Of a DNA stretch of 64,000 bases, positions 6,513 to 15,672 are shown piece by piece. Under the pieces are notes generated by a model that saw nothing but the letters and a program-made list of their open reading frames with translations, had not been told where the DNA came from and did no database searches. The stretch is from positions 32,001 to 96,000 of IMG/VR virus record IMGVR_UViG_3300021431_000003. One strand, given 5' to 3'. This DNA is from a virus. Lineage: Duplodnaviria > Caudoviricetes. Within the stretch, counting starts at the first letter, position 1. Each line of letters opens with the position of its first letter. The position numbers were made by a program, and so were the translations under genes.

Positions 6513-9500
6513 ATGGAAGAATATAGAAATATACTTGCTAACAAGTTTATGCGAGATACTAACTATATAATTATCAAAGATACTGATGACCTTGAAGAAC
6601 TAGAACGTCAATGGGAATTATTTCAATCTTCTCTTACTGTAAGACAACAGAGACTAAGCGATGATAGATCTCTTCAAATTTGGAATATGACTAATCAACA
6701 GCATTATGAAACTTTAAAAGCTGAATTGATGGGAGACTTACAGAATAAACTAGGTATAGAAGATGATGAACCTATATCTATTGAATATGAACCAGATGAT
6801 GATGAAAAGATAGATGATAGTGAAATTACAAACTTTGTTAATATGTCTTTTGATGATTTTGAGATTCCAGATGATGAGAACGAAATCTCTGAACCTATGA
6901 AAGAAGAATCTACTATACCAATTGATCCAAATCAAGCATATATAGATAATCATAGATGGAAGATTGGATATGATGGTATTGACAGAGAGAAAGATAAGAT
7001 TGCTGACCAATATGAGATTGATTCTAATATTAATATTATCGGTGGTGTATATGGTGAAACACCTAAAGAACTGTTAGACAATCTTGAAAAAGCATATCAA
7101 GCTTGGAACTCTCAAAATCAAGACCATAGAAAAAAGTCTGATGATAAGTGCAGAGAAATCTATGGTATGTCTAATATAGATAGATATAATAAGCTTAAAG
7201 GCATTTTTGTAAAGATGTCTGTTCCAAAGACAGATAAAGATGTATCTAAGAATATTAGTAATAATACTAATTCTTCTGAAGAAGCATTAAGCGAATTTAC
7301 TCTAGAAGTATATCGTAATATGCAAGTAGTTAATGAAGCAGAATCTAATAAAGCCAAACAACATAGAAGACTCAATGATACTCCATACTTTACTCCAAGT
7401 GAAATGATTGATATGGGAGTACATGGTAATCATAATTACTATTGTAAAGATGCAGATAATGATGGTCTTATTACAAGAGTAAGAATTCCAACTTGGTTTG
7501 ATTCTTATAAAGATATGTGTATGGACCATATCTTTGAAGACTATACTAGAGATTGGATTGATACATTAGACTATCTATACTCAGATTTTGAAGAGATTAA
7601 AGAGTCTGGTAATGAAGAAAAGATTCTTGCTCGCAAACAGTCTATTCTTGATTTGGGTTGGAATCCAGAGATTCCATTTACTAGACGTAATAGACAATTA
7701 GCATCCAAACGTGTATCTAAGCTATTAGATAAATCTAGTCCAATGAATCTCTTTATTAATCTTGATAAAGAAGTTCCAGATGAAGCTATAACAGATGAAC
7801 CTGTTACAGAAAATGCATCTAAAGATACGCATCAGCCTATCTATATGGTATTTGTACAAGGCAAAGCTCCTGTCGTATCAACTGCTATTAAGAAGGTTAC
7901 TAATTCACCATTCTCTCACATTGGTATCTCTTTTGATTCAAAATTAAATACTGTACACACATATAATATGGTACCAAAACCTGGCGTAGTAAAAGAAACT
8001 TTGTCTGGTTATAAAGATAATATCATTACAGTAATGGCATTCTTTGCTCCTACAGATATCTATAACACAATGAAAGACACCGTAATGGATTATTATATCA
8101 ATGCTAAGAAAACTGTATATGACTTTGGTATTATTTTTAATAAGCTAATCAATAAGAATGCTAGAGTAGTAAACGATAAGTACCATCAAGTATGCTCTAC
8201 ATTTGTTGATACTGTGCTTAAGTCTGGTAAAGTAACGTTAGATAAAGATGCTAATGTACCATCTCCAGCAGAATTATATAATGCTACTAAGTCTATGCCT
8301 AATAAGATTATTGAAGTATATTCTGGTCCAGCAGATAAATATGATAGTGTTAAAGTAGATAAGAAGATGAATAAACTCTTAGAAAAGGGCACTAAAGCTA
8401 TTGATGAAGCAACTGATATTGCTTCTCAAATTAAACTTGTACCAGCAACCCAATCTGATACTGAAAATATGTATAATTGGGAAATGGAGTCTATTGATAA
8501 ATCTCTTCAATCTGATAGTAAAGTTATATCTTGCATTAAACAAGATGTACAAGATTCTATCAAAGATACTAAGATGATTACTTATAATAACAAAACTATC
8601 GGTATGCTAACTTGCTGTTATATAGATAACGGTGAATGGTGGTATATTGGCGAGATTTATCTAATACCAGAATATCGTAATAAGGGTATTGGTACAAAGC
8701 TTATCAAAGAACAAATGCAATCTCGCGATAAAATCAAACTTCAAGTAGCATATAGTAATAAGGGTGCTATAAAGTTGTATAAATCTCTCGGATTCAAAAC
8801 CATAAATAAAAATGATAAAGGTAAGATGTATATAATGGCTTACGATAAATCTCAATCTTTAGAAGAAGCTGTAACTGATTTAAAATCATCAGAATCTAAT
8901 GATATATATCATAATATAGAGGATTGGGAGTCTGGTAAATCTAACTTATTATGGATTACTGGATTATCTGGTTCTGGTAAATCTACTATAGCTAAAGAGA
9001 TATCTGGAAATAACATAGAACATGTAGAACTGGATAATCTTCAAAGAGCTAAAATGGATAACTGGGACCACACTGGTTCTACACTTATGGATGATTATAT
9101 TAAATCTAAAGGTGGTCTTACTAATATCTTTTCTTATGTAAACGATTTAGATGAAGTTAGATGGAAAGACTTAGTGTCTAATGAAACTGAATGTCCTAAG
9201 CAATTCAATGATTTCTTTGAATATATAATTAAATATGCTAATACTCATAAAAATAAAAGATTCGTTGTAGAAGGCGTACAAATTGCAATGTGCTCCAAAA
9301 ATACTACTATAGCAAAGATATCTAAATACCCAGTTATTATAAAAATGAATGGTCCTCTCAAAACAGAATTTCGTAGAGAGAAACGTACCATACAAACAGG
9401 TATAGATAAAAATGATACCTTTATAAAAATATTAAAGACTGTTGCTAATAGACATAAAAACTGGTGGAAACAAAACTTTTATATGGATGATTGGAAAGAA

Positions 9501-9968
9501 ATCAATTACTTTAGAACTCATATAGGAGAATCAGCTTCTATACTTAATGAAGTAAAGCAATTCCCAGTAGAATTCGACAAAGATGGTAATCTCATTATCT
9601 ATAAGGTTCGTATAGGTTCTATCGCTTATGGTGATGAGATTGATGATTCTGTAAAGTTATTAGAGTCATATAGAAATACTAACAATATTGAAGGTATGAA
9701 ATATGAACTCGCTAAGCTTTGGTTCATTAACGATTCTATTGAAAAGAAGCTTAAAAAGAAACTTACTAATGACCAATATAAAGAACTTATTGACCATAGA
9801 GCTACTTGTTTGAATGTATTTAAGCTCAATCTAGAATATGTAATGAAAGCAGAGAAAGGATTTAACTTCTCAGACTATTATAACTCTACTCCATTCTCTG
9901 ATAATTCAATTAAGATTACTGCTAATACATTAAAATACTCTATGAAAGCTATTGCTAACATGATATAA
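6513..9968 (+). CDS. Multidomain probable virion/head polyprotein: N-terminal duplicated helical repeat, permuted NlpC/P60 (YiiX-like) peptidase, GNAT acetyltransferase, P-loop kinase-like domain
   Basis: Start moved to ATG 6513 (AAAGGAG RBS). SPFSHIGISFD...QVCSTFV (His before Cys), WYIGEIYLIPEYRNKGIG...AIKLYKSLGF, and WITGLSGSGKST. Confidence 0.78.
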   Translation: MEEYRNILANKFMRDTNYIIIKDTDDLEELERQWELFQSSLTVRQQRLSDDRSLQIWNMTNQQHYETLKAELMGDLQNKLGIEDDEPISIEYEPDDDEKIDDSEITNFVNMSFDDFEIPDDENEISEPMKEESTIPIDPNQAYIDNHRWKIGYDGIDREKDKIADQYEIDSNINIIGGVYGETPKELLDNLEKAYQAWNSQNQDHRKKSDDKCREIYGMSNIDRYNKLKGIFVKMSVPKTDKDVSKNISNNTNSSEEALSEFTLEVYRNMQVVNEAESNKAKQHRRLNDTPYFTPSEMIDMGVHGNHNYYCKDADNDGLITRVRIPTWFDSYKDMCMDHIFEDYTRDWIDTLDYLYSDFEEIKESGNEEKILARKQSILDLGWNPEIPFTRRNRQLASKRVSKLLDKSSPMNLFINLDKEVPDEAITDEPVTENASKDTHQPIYMVFVQGKAPVVSTAIKKVTNSPFSHIGISFDSKLNTVHTYNMVPKPGVVKETLSGYKDNIITVMAFFAPTDIYNTMKDTVMDYYINAKKTVYDFGIIFNKLINKNARVVNDKYHQVCSTFVDTVLKSGKVTLDKDANVPSPAELYNATKSMPNKIIEVYSGPADKYDSVKVDKKMNKLLEKGTKAIDEATDIASQIKLVPATQSDTENMYNWEMESIDKSLQSDSKVISCIKQDVQDSIKDTKMITYNNKTIGMLTCCYIDNGEWWYIGEIYLIPEYRNKGIGTKLIKEQMQSRDKIKLQVAYSNKGAIKLYKSLGFKTINKNDKGKMYIMAYDKSQSLEEAVTDLKSSESNDIYHNIEDWESGKSNLLWITGLSGSGKSTIAKEISGNNIEHVELDNLQRAKMDNWDHTGSTLMDDYIKSKGGLTNIFSYVNDLDEVRWKDLVSNETECPKQFNDFFEYIIKYANTHKNKRFVVEGVQIAMCSKNTTIAKISKYPVIIKMNGPLKTEFRREKRTIQTGIDKNDTFIKILKTVANRHKNWWKQNFYMDDWKEINYFRTHIGESASILNEVKQFPVEFDKDGNLIIYKVRIGSIAYGDEIDDSVKLLESYRNTNNIEGMKYELAKLWFINDSIEKKLKKKLTNDQYKELIDHRATCLNVFKLNLEYVMKAEKGFNFSDYYNSTPFSDNSIKITANTLKYSMKAIANMI

Positions 9969-9973
9969 TATAC

Positions 9974-10012
9974 ATAACGAGATGTCTCAACGTAGGCATC
10001 TCGTTGTATTTT
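9974..10012 (+). terminator. Intrinsic terminator
   Basis: AACGAGATGTCT / AGGCATCTCGTT stem followed by ATTTT. Confidence 0.75.
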
Positions 10013-10068
10013 ACTAACACTGAAACATATAAGTAATCAATGTACGTAGCAAGGAGGGATTATGAACA

Positions 10069-10623
10069 ATGCTTACAGGACATGAAATTCTTAAACAAGT
10101 TAAAAGGAACAATATTATTATTGAACCTTTTAATCTTGACCAGTTGAATCCTAACTCTTATAATGTAAGACTAGGAGAACGATTAAAAGTATATGAACGT
10201 GATAATGTACTTGACCTTAAACTAGAGAATAAGTGTTATAATGAGATTCTTATTCCTAAAGAAGGTTTTGTACTATTGCCTAACACTCTTTACATTGGAG
10301 CTACTAAGGAAATCATTGGCTCTAATAAGTTCATTTCTGCTATTGATGGAAGAAGTTCTATTGGTAGATTAGGTATGCAGATTCATCTTACTGCAGGTTT
10401 TGGAGATATTGGTTTCAAAGGAACATACACTTTGGAAATCACTGTTGTACAACCTGTTAGGATTTATCCAGACTATCCTATCGCACAAGTATACTTTGAG
10501 AAACCTGATGGTAAGGTAGACTTTCTTTACTCAGGTAGATATCAAGGTCAAGTACAACCTACTGAATCTAAATCAAATATAGATAGTAAACAGATTCAGG
10601 GATATCATTATAAGGAGAGATAA
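10069..10623 (+). CDS. dcd: dCTP deaminase
   Basis: QLNPNSYNVRL, GRSSIGRLG, AGFGDIGFKGTYTLEI and YSGRYQGQ motifs; late-type promoter at 10024-10037. Confidence 0.92.
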   Translation: MLTGHEILKQVKRNNIIIEPFNLDQLNPNSYNVRLGERLKVYERDNVLDLKLENKCYNEILIPKEGFVLLPNTLYIGATKEIIGSNKFISAIDGRSSIGRLGMQIHLTAGFGDIGFKGTYTLEITVVQPVRIYPDYPIAQVYFEKPDGKVDFLYSGRYQGQVQPTESKSNIDSKQIQGYHYKER

Positions 10624-10625
10624 TT

Positions 10626-11414
10626 ATGAAATTTAGGAACGAAGCGTTGGAATTAGGAATGAGATTCTATAAATTTGAAAGTGACGAAGATTATAGAATT
10701 TTAGCACTTGTTAAACTTAATGATAATGATGCAGCAGTCTTTATGGATGAAGAGACTTTTGAACTTCATACTATTACTAAAGACGAGCTTGAAAATGAAT
10801 ATACTCTTCTTAGCAATAGTTTACCGTTTGCTGTTGCTGGATTTGAATTTGGTTCAGGAAAGTTATTTCAATTGTTCTTCAATGAAACAATTGTTACTTT
10901 TATTAATACTATGTATAATGAAAGTCAACATGAACTTAAATTTCACATTATCATTAGAGTATATTCTTATATGAAGAAAGCAGTATTTAATAAAACGGTT
11001 AACTATATATTGACACTTAATAACCTTTACTCACCGTTAGAGGAGAATCTGAATACTATATGGAATGTGTATTTTTCATATATCGGTAAGTCAATTTATG
11101 TTGATACAACCAGTCATTATGATAATATTGACATGGAAGAAATTGTGAACAATAAAGCTAAATTACCTGACTCTGTTTTTGTCAGAGCAGAAGATTATTT
11201 AAACACATACATTCTTTCATATGAAGTATACAGATTTGATGCTAGCGTAAACATAGATAATATTAATATGAAATACTTCTTTATCTATGACGCCAATAGA
11301 GATGAGTATTATATCGTATTATATGTTATCGATACAACTAGAGTAGCAATGGAGACCGTTCAGCTAATGGAGGAGAACAAAGACGTCGTTCAATTTATGC
11401 TTGGTCAAAATTAA
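10626..11414 (+). CDS. Hypothetical protein
   Basis: 262-aa ORF with AAGGAG RBS, co-oriented with dcd. Confidence 0.7.
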   Translation: MKFRNEALELGMRFYKFESDEDYRILALVKLNDNDAAVFMDEETFELHTITKDELENEYTLLSNSLPFAVAGFEFGSGKLFQLFFNETIVTFINTMYNESQHELKFHIIIRVYSYMKKAVFNKTVNYILTLNNLYSPLEENLNTIWNVYFSYIGKSIYVDTTSHYDNIDMEEIVNNKAKLPDSVFVRAEDYLNTYILSYEVYRFDASVNIDNINMKYFFIYDANRDEYYIVLYVIDTTRVAMETVQLMEENKDVVQFMLGQN

Positions 11415-11496
11415 TATCGGTTGTATATTATTTTCGTGATTAGAGAGAGTCGACACTCTGATCGAAAACTATATTAATCCTTAAGGAGGAATCGTT

Positions 11497-12345
11497 ATGT
11501 CGAACAATACAAACAATATGCTGTCCATGCTGGACACACTGCACAAGGATATGATTAGAGGGGGTGCTGCTTACATTTCAGGTGGCGATCCAGATCCCGA
11601 TGAGGAGCTGCAGGTTCATGATATTCAGCTCGATGAGGATGAGCTTCTGCTCTTCTCTAATGCACCTGATGGTGTATATTGCATGAATGAGCTCATCGAA
11701 AAGAGCGAGCTCAACAACGGACTTCTGTCCATCGTTCAGAAGCTGTTTGCTGATGTATATGCAGCACAGCTTGAGTATAGCAACCGCTATAACAAGTGGA
11801 TGTTCGTTCTGAATTTCCGCTATCTGACAGACGAGCAGTTCAAGGCTATTCAGGATGAGAATTCTGATAAGCTTATCAAGGCTGTCAGCAGTACGTTTGA
11901 TCCGCAGTCTAATAAGACTGGTGGAGTCGCTGAGACTCTTATGAGTCTTGTTGGCAATCAGAACATGCCTAGTTCCGATGTATGCAAGTATGCAAGCATT
12001 ACTAAGGCTGCGAAGGAGTATCTTGTAAACTTCCTTTATTATGCTCCCACCAATAAGAAGAAGAAGTGGGTGCGTGGTGAGAACTATGATATTCAGCATG
12101 TAGTTCAGACCAGCTACAATGGTCAGCGCTACAGCAATATCGTGGCATCTGTATATCTCGATGCAGAGAAGGTACTCGGGATGCTCTGTGCTACTTCTGA
12201 GAACAGAGACAAGTACAAGTTTACTCTGTCTCCGAGCAGCACTAAGATTAATAACATGGATGGTCTATTTGAGATTCATCGTTATTCTAAGGCTCGTCGC
12301 AGAAAGCTGTCTGCTAAGTATGGCATTCAGTTCAGCAATAACTGA
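11497..12345 (+). CDS. Hypothetical early protein, probably highly expressed
   Basis: Own early promoter (11424), 5' hairpin, AAGGAGG RBS and terminator (12357-12392); strongly AAG/GAG/CAG-biased codons. Confidence 0.8.
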   Translation: MSNNTNNMLSMLDTLHKDMIRGGAAYISGGDPDPDEELQVHDIQLDEDELLLFSNAPDGVYCMNELIEKSELNNGLLSIVQKLFADVYAAQLEYSNRYNKWMFVLNFRYLTDEQFKAIQDENSDKLIKAVSSTFDPQSNKTGGVAETLMSLVGNQNMPSSDVCKYASITKAAKEYLVNFLYYAPTNKKKKWVRGENYDIQHVVQTSYNGQRYSNIVASVYLDAEKVLGMLCATSENRDKYKFTLSPSSTKINNMDGLFEIHRYSKARRRKLSAKYGIQFSNN

Positions 12346-12416
12346 TATGCCTGAAGAGACAGATGTGGCTTCGTCCACATCTGTCTTTTTTATATCTTTG
12401 AAAGGAACGATGTATT

Positions 12417-12629
12417 ATGTATGAATATCTCGATGATGTAATCAAGACTGGTGATAAAGTCAAAGTTATTAAAATGGTAAAAGATGACATTATCATTGGG
12501 AAGATTTCTATCGGTAGTGTAGGAACTTTTGTAGGTGTAGACATTGACAGTAGTTCCTGCTGTGTTAATTTTGATGGTATCGGTATCTATTATGTAAATA
12601 TCGATATGATTGAAAAGGTTAAAGACTAA
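12417..12629 (+). CDS. Small SH3/KOW-like beta-barrel protein
   Basis: IKTGDKVKV...GSVGTFVGVD...CVNFDG...IEKV pattern; GAAAGGA RBS. Confidence 0.55.
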   Translation: MYEYLDDVIKTGDKVKVIKMVKDDIIIGKISIGSVGTFVGVDIDSSSCCVNFDGIGIYYVNIDMIEKVKD

Positions 12630-12643
12630 AGGAGGAAATTACA

Positions 12644-13030
12644 ATGGATTTCAAGTATTCTATTATTGACAATATCGACTATACACTTGAGGAGCAGGGT
12701 AATCAGTTTACTGCTCTTCGTAAGGTACGTTGGGGAGATGGCGAAAAAGACTATCTCGAAATTCGTCGTTGGAGAAATACTCCTGACGGCGGTGAACAGG
12801 CTGCTAAGGGTGTTACCTTTATGACAGAAGAAGGCCCTGCTAATGCTATTAATGCATTTATTGACCTTGGTTACGGTAATACTAAGGATATTCTTACTCA
12901 CCTTCAGACAAGAGTAGACTTTAGAAAGTCTCTCAATTCTGTTCTTGGTAAGGAAGATGAACTGTTTGATGAAGAGGTCGGTACTCTTGAGGATGACTTC
13001 TATGACCCTAAGTCTTTAATTGGAGGTTAA
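12644..13030 (+). CDS. PC4/YdbC-like ssDNA-binding protein
   Basis: ALRKVRWG...YLEIRRW...AAKGVTF pattern and an acidic C-terminal tail. Confidence 0.72.
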   Translation: MDFKYSIIDNIDYTLEEQGNQFTALRKVRWGDGEKDYLEIRRWRNTPDGGEQAAKGVTFMTEEGPANAINAFIDLGYGNTKDILTHLQTRVDFRKSLNSVLGKEDELFDEEVGTLEDDFYDPKSLIGG

Positions 13031-13031
13031 T

Positions 13032-13370
13032 ATGGGAGTATTCGATTCTAATCAAGCTAATAAGAAGTACAATAATGCAATTCCGAATTACGATGTCGAC
13101 GATGGTGTCGACATCGTACATTGTACTGAGGATTGTGTTTTCAGAGATGAAGATAAAGGGAGATGTGTATTCGAGACTTGTATCTTGAATCAATTTCCAT
13201 TATCTATTCCTTACCATACAAGTATTACTAAAACATGTGAGGTTTGTGGAAATAAGTTTACTATTAAATTTAGTGAATTTGACAATCCTATAAGAAAACT
13301 TGGTTTAATGATGTGTGATACTTGTAGAGAAAATCTCTTTAAACTTATAAGAGGTGATAGCAGTGATTAA
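13032..13370 (+). CDS. Cys-rich zinc-binding protein
   Basis: CTEDC, C..C, CEVC and CDTC; start at ATG 13032 after GGAGG. Confidence 0.6.
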   Translation: MGVFDSNQANKKYNNAIPNYDVDDGVDIVHCTEDCVFRDEDKGRCVFETCILNQFPLSIPYHTSITKTCEVCGNKFTIKFSEFDNPIRKLGLMMCDTCRENLFKLIRGDSSD

Positions 13371-14349
13371 TAGAGCTCTATTGTATAGCAAGTTTATCAG
13401 ATATGATATTCTAAGGAATATGATTACTGATACACCTTCTATGAAGGATATGATTGGTAAGCCATTAGATATCTTTATAGATATTCAATCTATATATAGA
13501 GATATCTTTGCTATTGAATTTATGGGTAATGATATAAAAATACTTGCTATCAACGTACTCAATATGGCAGCTCATTACCGTCATTTTTTCAGAAATCTTC
13601 TCAATCAAGAAGTAAGAGTATTCTTAGTAAACTCGCAAGTTAATTTATCAGGAAACATTTGTGAGATTACTAACTCTGAAAACGATGATATGTTTAGCAT
13701 TGTAAGATCTCTATGTAAATATTTCCCAAATATCTATTATATCTATAAGAAGGGATATAATGCTAGCACAATCATCTTTCATTTGATTAATACCTATACA
13801 ATGGTAGTACCAGGACATTGCAGTAGTCTTGTCATAAGCAACGACGTTTATGCTTATCAATTACCAACTCTAATCCCTATTTGTTGGATGCTTAGACTTG
13901 GTGTAAAGCATAAGTATATAGTTACAGCAAACAATGCTATAGAATCGTATTTTAAGAATACCACTCCATCTACTGGGTTGAGACAACAGTTATTGCCACT
14001 GATAATGGCATTTAACAAATGTAAAGAATTAAACTTGCCATTACTATTCCCATATAAGACAGCTCTTAACAAAGTAAGAGAACTTATTGACAAACATGCT
14101 ATACTGAATGGATACAATATTCCTAATTCAGCATTTGAAAGTAATGTAGGCATCATGGGAATCTTGGCTCGTTGGACTCTATGTGACTTACAAAGTCAAT
14201 CTGTTGTCTATATGAATTCTATAGATGTGATAGATGATACTTGGAAGGTTAAACGTAAGTGTGACTTTTCTGAGTTAGCTGCTATCTTAGATGACAAGTT
14301 CAATTGTGACCCAGATAATATCCTGAACTATATTTATTTACTTGAGTGA
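13363..14349 (+). CDS. PIN/5'-3' exonuclease (FEN/RNase H)-like fold, possibly degenerate
   Basis: IFIDIQS near the N-terminus and LVISNDVYAYQL resembling the SxDxDxxQL motif; several acidic ligands appear replaced. Confidence 0.45.
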   Translation: MINRALLYSKFIRYDILRNMITDTPSMKDMIGKPLDIFIDIQSIYRDIFAIEFMGNDIKILAINVLNMAAHYRHFFRNLLNQEVRVFLVNSQVNLSGNICEITNSENDDMFSIVRSLCKYFPNIYYIYKKGYNASTIIFHLINTYTMVVPGHCSSLVISNDVYAYQLPTLIPICWMLRLGVKHKYIVTANNAIESYFKNTTPSTGLRQQLLPLIMAFNKCKELNLPLLFPYKTALNKVRELIDKHAILNGYNIPNSAFESNVGIMGILARWTLCDLQSQSVVYMNSIDVIDDTWKVKRKCDFSELAAILDDKFNCDPDNILNYIYLLE

Positions 14350-14353
14350 TATA

Positions 14354-14390
14354 ATAAGAGAGATGGCTTCGGTCATCTCTCTTATTTTTT
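14354..14390 (+). terminator. Intrinsic terminator
   Basis: ATAAGAGAGATGGC-TTCG-GTCATCTCTCTTAT followed by TTTTT. Confidence 0.85.
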
Positions 14391-14425
14391 GTCTCTTTGA
14401 ACTTTCATATAATGGAGGTGATATA

Positions 14426-15634
14426 ATGGCTAAGAAAGGTGAACAATACAATTATAGAATTGTACTTAAGTATATAGATTCTTCCAATGTAGAAGTAGAG
14501 ATTGATTCTACTCAATTACAGTATATTCTTATAGATAAAGATTTTGATGGTTGTAATATGCCAGTTATATCAGTATTCGGTTCTATAGAAAAGAATATCT
14601 TAGATGATATGATTCGTAACATGGATAAGAACATAGTTACTCTTGGTATATATAAATATGATGCTACTAATCAGAATGATAATATTACTGATAAGTATTT
14701 TCACGATAAGTTTATTTATATAATCAATGAGGACGTATCTAAGACAGAAAAGATAGACAATCCTAATGGTATTGATAGTAAGACTGGTAATAGACAATAT
14801 AGAGAAGTTAATATATGGCTTATTCAACAAGATGCTATTAATAACAATAGACAAGTTATTAATGGCGTATATCACAATGCATCTATGAATAGCTTAATAC
14901 TTCAATCTACTAATTACTTAGGTAAAGTATTACTTGAACCAATAAGATATGATACTAAGTATGACCAAGTCATCATACCACCATTAGATTCTATATCTAA
15001 TTATATCAGATATCTTAATGATAACCTAGGTGTATTCTATGATACTCCATATAGATTCTTTATAGACTTTGATGCTACATATATAGTGTCATCTGCTGGT
15101 AAACCGATAAGAGCGAGAAATCAATATGTATATACGATAGTAATAGATATAAAAGAAGTAGACATAGAAACATCTGAAGAACCTGGAGCTTATGTAGATA
15201 TAGTATCTGGTAAGTATACAATTGGCATAGATGTATCTAAGGTAGAATATAATAAGAACCATGTTACTAATAAGCTTGTAAACAAAGTAACTGTTATAAA
15301 TGCTAAAGGTGATGTGTTTGAACAGGAAATAGAGGAAAATCAAGCTAAGATAACTGGTACTATAAATCAAGTAATGAATGTATCTAATAACGACCAAAAT
15401 GTAATCAATCCTATATCTCATAATATAGAGTCTAGTAATATAACACTATCTATAGTAAAGAATGACCTAGATGCAACATTGTTTACAATAAATAAAGAGT
15501 ATATCATTAAAGACCCATTACATGAAGAATATAGCGGTAGATATATACTTATGCATTCTAAACAACTCTTTATAAAACAGAATGAAAACTTTATAATGAG
15601 TACAATATTATCATTTAAGAAAGTTGCAGATTAA
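14426..15634 (+). CDS. Probable baseplate hub (gp27-like) structural protein
   Basis: Start at ATG 14426 (GGAGGTG RBS; late promoter 14400-14413). Beta-rich protein with the C-terminal YSGRYIL...QLF pattern seen in hub proteins. Confidence 0.5.
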   Translation: MAKKGEQYNYRIVLKYIDSSNVEVEIDSTQLQYILIDKDFDGCNMPVISVFGSIEKNILDDMIRNMDKNIVTLGIYKYDATNQNDNITDKYFHDKFIYIINEDVSKTEKIDNPNGIDSKTGNRQYREVNIWLIQQDAINNNRQVINGVYHNASMNSLILQSTNYLGKVLLEPIRYDTKYDQVIIPPLDSISNYIRYLNDNLGVFYDTPYRFFIDFDATYIVSSAGKPIRARNQYVYTIVIDIKEVDIETSEEPGAYVDIVSGKYTIGIDVSKVEYNKNHVTNKLVNKVTVINAKGDVFEQEIEENQAKITGTINQVMNVSNNDQNVINPISHNIESSNITLSIVKNDLDATLFTINKEYIIKDPLHEEYSGRYILMHSKQLFIKQNENFIMSTILSFKKVAD

Positions 15635-15636
15635 AA

Positions 15637-15665
15637 AAGCAGGGTAGCATTTAGCTACCCTGCTT
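15637..15665. terminator. Bidirectional terminator
   Basis: AAGCAGGGTAGC / GCTACCCTGCTT between convergent genes. Confidence 0.85.
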
Positions 15666-15672
15666 AATTTTA

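Noticed and set aside
11497-12345. Chimallin (phage nucleus shell protein)
   Set aside because: About half the usual length, not in the polymerase/beta' context, and no motif I can recognise; left as hypothetical
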